Assembly: GCA_024626585.2 (NCBI GenBank)
Contig: JANKJI020000002.1
Span: 248,382,697 to 248,402,095, forward strand
Length of the DNA: 19,399 nt
Source of the DNA: Ginkgo biloba
Taxonomy: Eukaryota > Plantae > Ginkgophyta
Reading direction: 5' to 3'
Part shown: positions 10,854 through 19,399 of the stretch, one piece after another
How positions within the stretch are numbered: position 1 is the stretch's first letter
How the letters are laid out: every line of letters starts with the position of its first letter
The notes under the pieces: generated by a model
Database searches by the model: none
What the model saw: the letters and a program-made list of their open reading frames with translations, nothing else
Told to the model about the DNA's origin: nothing
Program-made: the position numbers and the translations under genes

Positions 10854-11199
10854 GTAAGCTTTTCCCTTCCATTTCCTGTGTTTTGGGTAGTGTTCAGAGG
10901 CTTTTTTTAGCTTGAAGCATGNNNNNNNNNNNNNNNNNNNNNNNNNNNNNNNNNNNNNNNNNNNNNNNNNNNNNNNNNNNNNNNNNNNNNNNNNNNNNNN
11001 NNNNNNNNNNNNNNNNNNNNNACACTAGTGTGAAAAACAAAAAAAACCCTTAGCACTTCAAAATTTAAATGATGGAATCTTGTGTTTCATAGGAGTTCAC
11101 CACATGGCTTCCCTTCATGCTTTAAAATATTAATTATTATATAAAGTTCTTCTCATGGGATATTTTATGAAGTGTTTTTGTGTGCAGGTCACATGAAAG

Positions 11200-12120
11200 G
11201 ATGATGCATGGAAAACCCTTATGGTCTCATTCCATGCGGCTAGTCTCCAAAGGGGCAGGTTAAAATATTAAAGTATGAAAATGCTATAAGCCCTAGGACT
11301 CACAAGATAAAGACACGTGTCAAGCCCACATTAAATTTCCCCTCACTGTGTTCAAAAGACTCAAATCACAGTTGAAAAGGCCCTGATTCCTAGAGTTCAT
11401 GAAAGGTTAACATGTGGCATGGCCTCATACTCTCTCTCTCTCTCTCTTCACGATGTTCAAAAGGACTTGGTGCACCTTTATAAAAGTTGCGAGCCCCAGG
11501 AGCCATGAGATCATACCATGTGGTGAGATCTTATGACCCTTGGCCTCACATGAATTAAGCACTTAGATAAAAGGTAACAAAAGCCATGGGTCCCAGAGGG
11601 TCTATGATGTCACCATGTGTCATCATATAGTGCACTCCTTGAGGGAGGGCCCCAGGTCAAAAGGGACTTAAGGGTTTAACATAGTGTCGTATATCTCAGG
11701 CTTTCGAGATGGTGCCACCTGTCAGGATCTTGGGTCCCCATAGCATAATGGTGTTTAGAAATAAAAAGGGATGCGGTTGTGAAAGGGCCTGATAGAGTAA
11801 CATGTGGCATGCCCATGGGGCTCCTCCCTTCATGACATTTTAAAAGGGACCCTAAAATCACTTAGTGAANNNNNNNNNNGGGACCGAGCTCACATGATCT
11901 TTCCATGCAATGAGATCTCGTGACCTTCCTCCTCGTGGTAGTGGAAGACAAAGGGAAGTAAAAGGGGATAGTTCCCAAAAATGAAGCGAGGCCCAGATAG
12001 TGCATGATGGTGAAAAGTGGTGCCATCTTGGGGCTCCTCCCCCATGCTCAACTAAAATGAGAAATGCACTGGTGAAAAGGGCCATGAGTCCCAGGCTCAT
12101 AAGAAGGTGATACCTATCAA
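11200..12120. repeat. Degenerate ~98-bp tandem array (array A), probably inside a long LTR
   Basis: RAGAT-x3-4-CCAYRTGKC-like cores at about 11304, 11402, 11507, 11604, 11706, 11792 and 11894. Shares longer words with array B, e.g. AGCCATGAGATCATRCCATGTGGT at 11501 and ~18105, and AAGCCCTAG(G)ACTCACAAGA at 11288 and 18392. Confidence 0.75.
11430..11447. repeat. (CT)9 microsatellite
   Basis: ctctctctctctctctct read directly. Confidence 0.95.
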
Positions 12121-12628
12121 GATCTCAAGCCATCTTAAAATATCATTAAAGAAAAAAAGAAAAAATGGTATTTTCTAGTAGAGCCCTCAAGGAGCTCATG
12201 TGATTGTGCTATGTGGCACGATCACACATGCCTCCATAAATTCAAGTTTAAAACTCTTCACCAGGATGTGATTCCATAGGGAAGGGGATCACGAAAGAGT
12301 TTATGGGTGCACAACATAGAATCCTAGCTGCATAACTATGCACGAATCGACAATGACTTCTAATTCACAGGTAAAATAGAATGGTGATAGAGAAATTAGC
12401 ATGGATTAGAAGGAGGATTTTGAGCAAAGGCCCCCATCATCATGATCAGGCCACTTGTGAATTAGGTGCATACATCTAAAGGGGGTGTAAAATAATGACC
12501 ATGCACCTAGGCTTAAATTGGGGAAAGTNNNNNNNNNNNNNNNNNNNNNNNNNNNNNNNNNNNNNNNNNNNNNNNNNNNNNNNNNNNNNNNNNNNNNNNN
12601 NNNNNNNNNNNNNNNNNNNNNNNNNNNN

Positions 12629-13179
12629 GGAGCAAGGTTGGAATTTCTTTAAATTTATCCAAATGTCAAATTTTTGACACCTTTTGAAAAAAAATTGGGA
12701 TACATAATTTATATAAAAGGGTTAATTTTGGATCCAACAAAAGTGAGAATAATATTAGAATTGGAAGGTTCAATAAATCCTTTGTAACTAAAGAAATTCT
12801 TAGGACATAGTGGATACTATAGTTAATTTATTAAAGGATATGTAAATATTGATAGTCCTTTAAAAAATTTATTGAGGAAATATTTTACATTCATATGGAC
12901 CCAAGAATGTGAGGAAACATTTGAGTATTTGAAGCCAATAATTTTACAAGCTCCAATTTTATAGTTTTCATATTAGAAATATTTTTTTCATATTCGTGTA
13001 GATGCATTAGCTATAGTAATAAGATCAATTTTGGCATAACTAGGCATTGGAAATATAGATCATCTTATATAATTTGGAAACTTAAGAAGTTGAGTAAGGA
13101 AAAAATGAATTATTCCACAACGGAAAGGGAAGAATTGGGAATTATTTATTCAGTTCATAAGTTTAGATATTATTTGACT
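12629..13179 (+). mobile_element. pol: Degenerate Ty3/gypsy pol fragment: RT C-terminus, connection and RNase H
   Basis: GISLNLSKC.../LGYIIYIKGLILDPTKV...KFLGHSGYYS*FIKGY...PLKNLLRK...FIWTQECEETFEYLK...APIL...FHIRVDA...DHLI*F/KKLSKEKMNYSTTEREELGIIYSVHKFRYYL. Homology stops abruptly at ~13179. Confidence 0.95.
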
Positions 13180-14439
13180 AAGTATGAAGAACATGCAAAA
13201 ATTATCCTATTTGAAAAGTTTTGATAAGTTGTGCAGGATGAACAAGTTTAAGAAGATGGAATAGCTTTGTGACAAGGTAAAGTGAGGAAATAGAAAATAA
13301 GTCACAATAAAATGATGAATTTTTTAACATAGGGAATTTTTTACAATTGGGAAGAAGTTACAACATTTTCATAAGTTGTGATAAAATTTTGGCTTAAAGG
13401 AATGCTCCAAAATATAAAGGTTTGTGATTAGTTGTAGGTTGTGATGAAATAACAACTTGACAAAAAATTCTAAAGAAGAGTCGCATAAAATGAGTAAGTT
13501 GCAAATAAAGAAAATGTTTCGTAATATGAGAAAAACTTTGAGAAATAAGCAAAGTCATGTGAGAAAGGAAGTTTGAAAAATCTTATTCTATAATCAAATG
13601 AATCACAAGAATAACCATCTGATATTAGTGTTGTTGTTAAGTGCTTTTCAACACTTACATGAACTTGAGATGATGAAAATAAGAAAAATCACATAGATAT
13701 ACAAAATCATAGTTAAATACAGAGTCATAAGGATATGCATAAAAAAAGAAGAGGTGACAACTAGAGAATGAAATAAGTATTACTTAAGAAAGTCAAAATT
13801 TGACTAAGTTTTGGTAATACATTGAAACTATTTCTAAGTGTAGATTTTTTTTGAAAATTTTAAACTAAATAGTGTAAGTCATCAATAAATGTAAAGTCAC
13901 AAGAAATATCAATAATTATAAGGAATNNNNNNNNNNNNNNNNNNNNNNNNNNNNNNNNNNNNNNNNNNNNNNNNNNNNNNNNNNNNNNNNNNNNNNNNNN
14001 NNNNNNNNNNNNNNNNNNNNNNNNNNAATTCAATCAATGAATTATAATGATTTTTTAATTACATTAATAAGTAGGGCCTACAATCATTTTTTACCATTTA
14101 TTTTTTAGTAAGGGGAATTTATTTCCTTAGAATATGTGTTGTAATTAATTGGAATGTGTGGAATTCTTGGCCATCAATTAGCATGCAATCACACGATAAT
14201 ACTTCCTTTAAGTGTGTGGTTAAATGGATAATAGTTAATAGAGAGTGTATCAGTGTTTTCATAGCATAATTACACACTAATCAATAGTTTTCTATAATTT
14301 TTCTTTTTATAAGGTTTTTATGATTTTTTTTATATTATTTTGACTCTTCATCATGCCTGGGAATGCAAGAAATTTAGTGACGNNNNNNNNNNNNNNNNNN
14401 NNNNNNNNNNNNNNNNNNNNNNNNNNNNNNNNNNNNNNN

Positions 14440-15034
14440 TTAGGTCAATCAAAACCTCTAGATGTATTTGTTATAAGGAGGTATGGGTTTTGGAGAGTTT
14501 ATAGGACCTCATAACTCAACTATGATGAGGAGATGGTTAACCAGCTAATGGGCTACTAGGATCTAGAGGGATATGTTTTTAGACTCCCTATATTTGGTGA
14601 TCCAATGGATCTTGCTAGTATATGATTTTAAGGCTAGATACAGTTGAGTATTTAGCAAGGCATTCTAGTTGAGTCTATTAAGCCCTCATAAAGTGTGCAT
14701 CTTAGAATTATCGAGGGATGACATTCCAATTATTAGGTAGGTGATTGTAGCTACAATGGTTTACTAGGTATTCCATAGTCAAAATTTTGGTGAGATTCTT
14801 TATTAATATGTCTTGGTGATCAGGAGATGCATTAAGAGAGTATGATTTGATTAATTCCATTATGTATTGGATGCCTTGATTAAACAACTCAATTATATAT
14901 GTTAGAAAGTGCATAGATCAATCAGTTATACCTCCCTATTAAAAGTATGGTTATTTAATCACTTTCATTATTTTTATCTAATTGCATCTACACCACTTTA
15001 TTTAACAAGATATGAGCCTCTAATTATGAGGTGG
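14440..15034 (+). pseudogene. Decayed Plant Mobile Domain (PMD, PF10536)-like ORF, antisense to the adjacent pol
   Basis: IRRYGFWRVYRTS*LNYDEEMVNQLMGY*DLEGYVFRLPIFGDPMDLASI/YMILRL parallels the PMD motif GF...IxxDxxLIxALxERWxxETxTFxLPxGExTITLxDVxxILGL (frameshift ~14620). A later block, YGYLITFIIFI*LHLHHF...L*G, loosely parallels the WGxxxLAxLYxxL...G block. Confidence 0.55.
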
Positions 15035-15134
15035 NNNNNNNNNNNNNNNNNNNNNNNNNNNNNNNNNNNNNNNNNNNNNNNNNNNNNNNNNNNNNNNNNN
15101 NNNNNNNNNNNNNNNNNNNNNNNNNNNNNNNNNN

Positions 15135-16983
15135 CTCAATTTTGAGGGGGACAACAACTTCTTCCCCATAAACAAACGAGAAGGGGGTCATCCCAGTTAG
15201 AGTACAGATAAATATCCTATAGGCCCAATATCAGGTGGATTGATTAATGATTCTTTTTAGGATGTGGACTAAGGTCTTATTGAAATCCTTATCCTGTCTG
15301 TTGGCTTGTGGGTAGTAAGGAGAAAAATTCTGATGTGTAATTTGAAACTTCTGGCAAAGTTCACATACATACTTATTACAAAAAGGTGTCTCCTTGTTAG
15401 TAATGATGATGTCAGGGATGTTGAATTAGCAAATGATCTAATTGAAGATGAATATATTGATAGTATGTCCATCGGTATGTGATAATGGGATAACTTCAGC
15501 CCACTTGGTAAAGTACTCCGTAGTAGTAAGAATGAATTTGTGTTAGTGGGATAATGGGGGGTTTATAGCATGAATCAGGTCCAAATCCCATTTTGAGAAA
15601 GGCCAAGGAGTAGCAATTCTTTAAAGAGATTGAGAAGGTGCATGAAAGAGATGTGAATGCTCTTGGTATTTATGGAACTTATGAACAAATTCGTACGCAT
15701 ATTTAAAGACGGTGGGCCAATAATAGCCCATGAGGAGAATTTTAAGAGCGATTAGTTATCCACCGAAATGCCCCTCGCATATTCTCTCGTGTGATTCGTA
15801 TAGAACCTTTTGTGCTTCAACGGGGATGAGGAATTGTAGAAGGATCCTATCAAAGGATTGCTTGTAGAGATTATTGCTAATTATAATATATTCATGTGTT
15901 ATGGCAAGGGTGCACTTCTTTTTCTTGGAGGAGAAGTCCTACGAGTACTCTTAGGATTGAAGGTATGTGATAATATCCTTTTACCATTCATGCATGGTAA
16001 TTTATCTTTTCTCAATATGAAATATATTCTCATTGGTTAACAATTCATTGGCATTCTCATTCTTGTCATTAGGAAGTAGTAAGTCTTCTAGGTTCTTAGC
16101 AACTATCATTCTTTTTTTTAATTCTATTTCACTACGAATAAGTCAAATTCTTGTAGTAAAATATCCCATTGTCTAGCCCTTCTAGTGTGATCAATCTTGG
16201 ATAGGAGATAAAGGAGAGGGTTAGATTGAGTATACACATTTGTGTGGACATTGAGTAGGTACTAATGAAACTTGTTGGTTGCAAAAACTAATGCCAAGCA
16301 TTATTTTCTGAGAATAAAATAATTAAGTTCATATCCAACCACAGTTCTACTGATGAATTATATGACCTATTCTTTTTTATTTTTACCCTTCTAGGATAAC
16401 ATTCCTCCAACGGAGAAGTTAGTCATAGAACTATAAAGTATAAATTATTTTTTTAATGAGGGTGACATTAAGATAAGAGTGGAGGTGAGAGCCTCTTTCA
16501 TTTTATCAAATGTTTCATTGGCCTATGGATACTAATAGAAAGGAATATATTTCTTCAACGAATCAATTAGTAGTTTGGATTTGAATGCTAAGTTAGTGAT
16601 AAAACTACATAAATACCCCAAGTTTCCTAAGAATGATTTTATTTATTTTTTGGGTCAGAGTGGAGGCATTTCAACAATAGAATTAACCTTGTTAAGTTCA
16701 GGATCAATTCTTTAAAGAAAGATGTGGTGGTTGAGAAGCTTCTCAAATGAAACAATAAAGATACAATTTTTGAGGTTAAGACTTTATTGATACTTTTAGA
16801 ACTGCTCAAATATGACCAGAAGATAATTAAGGTGATCTCATTATTTGTGGGATAATCCCATGAGATCATCAATGTAGAATTGTGCAATTATATTGATCAA
16901 ATCATGAAACACAAATGTCATTACCCTTTAATAGGTAGCATTGACATTCTTAACTCTAAAAGGCATGATACTATATGTGAATT
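15135..16983 (-). mobile_element. pol: Degenerate Tat/Ogre-like (OTA) Ty3/gypsy pol: RT, RNase H, integrase
   Basis: RT: MPFRVKNVNATY*RVM...FYIDDL (YIDD at 16876-16865). Thumb/RH: KSFLGNLGYL...FISRTVVGYELNY...CLALVFATNKF...QWDILLQEFDL. INT: HERICEGHFGG...GYYWPT...PWPFSKWDLD...EYFTKWAE...SPYYPQAN...NKTL...WAYR...TGMTPFSFVYGEEVVVP. Confidence 0.96.
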
Positions 16984-17083
16984 NNNNNNNNNNNNNNNNN
17001 NNNNNNNNNNNNNNNNNNNNNNNNNNNNNNNNNNNNNNNNNNNNNNNNNNNNNNNNNNNNNNNNNNNNNNNNNNNNNNNNNNN

Positions 17084-19399
17084 TGTTGTCACCAACACAC
17101 CCTATTTTATTCTAAAAAAATTAGGCTCCACTTTTTTTTAGAATGAGTTTTAAAGGCATCTAGAGAAATTTTTAAAACTTGAAATGGTCTTCTCAAGGGG
17201 AGGTCATATTCATGATTCCATGCTACTCTATCTGAGCTACGATTATAACTATTAGGGATGTCTATTTTAGCCTTGGAGTTTGAGTGAATCCCCTCTTCTA
17301 TCAATCCACCTTAGTATAGTGCCTCATAATTCCACAGTTCTTCATGTTTTTGTGTCTCACAGGGAATAGATCTTTTGATGTGAATTTGATGAAGTTATTT
17401 GAAATTGCTATTTTATTTTAGCATAGAGAGGAATGTATTTCACTAGAGTTTATCTCATGGCTCCTTTTAGTTTTATAATTAAAAGTGCTTTTCATAGGCA
17501 GTTTTGAGATCTTTGTGAAGGGTATAGGATGACGATGCCTAGTAGACTCTAGTGATATCTTCCCTTGTAATAGTTAAAAAAACTTTAAAGAAATCCTAAA
17601 GGGCCACAAGCTTTGAGTTCATAATATTATGACATGTATGCAAATCTTGCAAGCCCGCAAACAACACAGGGTAGAAAAAAAATAGGGGAAGATGCCAAAA
17701 ATATGTGAGCTCAAATGCTACAAGATGTAGCCATGTGTCTTAATCTTGAGCACTCGCAGGTTCATAAGAACAGAAGATGAAGGGGATAGTGTTCCAAAAT
17801 AACAAAAATTTTAATTCCATAAGATTACTCCATGTGTCCCAATCTCGTCCATTCACAAGATTCACAAGAAGAACAAGTAAAAAGGAAATGTTGCAAAGTA
17901 GTGTAGGACTTAATCTCATGAGATCATGCCACGTGTTCTAATCATACATGCTTGCAACCTAGCACAAGGTAGAAAGAAGGGAAGGACTCATCAAAAGCCT
18001 ATAGATTCAGACTCCACTAGATGATGATACATGTCCCAATATCAGTTTCTCATAAATACACAAGGTGTGAAAGGGAACATAACATTAAGGGATTATAAGC
18101 CAAAAGCCATGAGATCATGCCATGTGGTAGAATCTCACGACACTCTTTCTCACACTCATTGAAGACCTTAGGTAATCTTGGCAAAGTAATATAAGGTCTA
18201 AAATCATGAGATGCTATCACATATCCAAATCTCATAAACCCATAATATCAGCACAGTGCAACAAGGATTTGGGAAGACACACCAAAATATTTTGAGATCA
18301 CAGACTCCGATATGCTACCACCTGGCAAGACATAGTGGCATTCTCCCTTTATGATAATTAGAAGCCTTGAAGAGACTTTGATAAGTGATGCAAGCCCTAG
18401 ACTCACAAGACCATGCCACATGTCCAAATCTTGGACGTTTACATAAGGGAAGAAAGGTTGAAGGAGATCATGCTTCTGAATGCCATGAGCCCTAAACTCA
18501 TAAGATACAAATGCATATCTAAATCTCAAAGTTCACAAAAGTATGATCATGCCACGTGTTTCAATCGTAGTTTCTCATAGATTCATTAATAGAAAAATGA
18601 AAAAGGGACATCAAAAGGTTCGTCAGTTCAAAGGACATAGGATCTATCCATGTATCTCAACCTTGTGTTGCTTCAAAATAGTTTGGGTAGAATGGAAAAG
18701 GGAGAGTTCAATCAGTTTAACACCATAAGACCTCAACCCCGTGAGATTTTGCCACATATAGGGATAATGTTTAANNNNNNNNNNNNNNNNNNNNNNNNNN
18801 NNNNNNNNNNNNNNNNNNNNNNCATTACGGATCATTTTTAGTCTCTGGAACTCATGGTTTGGAAATGGAGAAAAGGTGAGCATGAGCCACCAGGTAATCA
18901 AAGAAGAATCACCCTCTTGGTGTCTTTCCCACTACTCTAGTTAATCAGTGTGAAAAGGAAAAATGGGAGGTTGTGGGTGGAAGCACACATGTGATAAATC
19001 ATAATCGATGGTAAAGGCCCATCTAGAAACATCCTAATGGGACATGAAAAGTATCACCTTGCCTAGTGGATAGGAACTAAAACTATGAAATAGATTAGCA
19101 ACCCCCCCTCCAAACTTACCATTNNNNNNNNNNNNNNNNNNNNNNNNNNNNNNNNAAAAGGTATGAATCAGTGATGATCTTCCTTTCTCACTAAGCATGA
19201 GACATTGAGCATGTAAGATAGCTGTCATCTATAGTAAAAGGATTTTCCCCTAGTTACCTAGGCCTCTTAGAAGACCATCTATAAAAGAGAAGAATTTTCA
19301 TGTAAAAGGGGGTTAGGAAGTTCTAAGACCATTTTTTGGTGATTAGTTTCTTTGTGGTTTCTTAGCACTATGTAGAGTCATCTATTGGCCAGTCAAGAC
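17084..19399. mobile_element. Long LTR-like region containing array B; orientation unresolved
   Basis: Starts TGTTGTCACC at the gap edge, is non-coding, carries the 98-bp array, and has a TATA-like CTATAAAAG at 19279 followed by TTTTCATGTAAAAGGGGG. Confidence 0.5.
17600..18774. repeat. Degenerate ~98-bp tandem array (array B), about 13 units
   Basis: Cores of consensus RAGATCATGCCACGTGTCCAAATCTC at 17623, 17722, 17821, 17920, 18018, 18111, 18208, 18309, 18407, 18502, 18543, 18639 and 18743 (spacings 99,99,99,98,93,97,101,98,95,41,96,104). Confidence 0.88.

Noticed and set aside
10378-10872. Minus-strand ORFs 10378-10596, 10430-10678 and 10690-10872
   Set aside because: They are antisense to the UCP012943-like coding region, and their internal repeats reflect the local duplication.
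11022-11040. CACTAGTG at the gap edge as a CACTA transposon terminus
   Set aside because: Upstream context is missing, there is no matching end, and a similar word (CAGTGTGAAAA) occurs inside the LTR-like region near 18947.
14708-14914. 68-aa minus-strand ORF
   Set aside because: No recognisable domain; overlaps the better-supported PMD-like remnant on the opposite strand.
1592-19228. ORF-track entries containing X runs
   Set aside because: They are open only because they cross N gaps; these are assembly artefacts.

Overview
AT-rich, CpG-depleted eukaryotic DNA from a fragmented scaffold with 18 N-gaps, many of them ~100 N and therefore probably of unknown size. By TE content and decay pattern it looks like a large land-plant genome, most plausibly a gymnosperm or fern (inference). 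No intact long ORF, RNA gene, CRISPR array or prokaryotic system is present. The window is mostly old Ty3/gypsy debris. It holds three pseudogenised pol fragments: integrase plus PPT at 1-1360 (+), RT-thumb/RNase H at 12629-13179 (+), and Tat-like RT-RH-INT at 15135-16983 (-). It also holds a pair of ~78%-identical LTR termini around a gap (6122-6723), further LTR-like pieces and several diverged tandem arrays. One host-gene locus is recognisable: the 5' part of a plant UCP012943-family gene (9853-10853, +), behind a CpG-retaining promoter-like patch and with a damaged first coding region. The most notable observations are (i) a decayed Plant Mobile Domain-like ORF antisense to the Tat-like pol, (ii) two ~98-bp-period arrays whose unit core is a G-box/ABRE showing CpG decay, (iii) a possible splice that would skip the lesions in the host gene, and (iv) a Tat-like pol lacking the extra RNase H between RH and INT. 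All family assignments come from manual translation and motif recall, not database searches.
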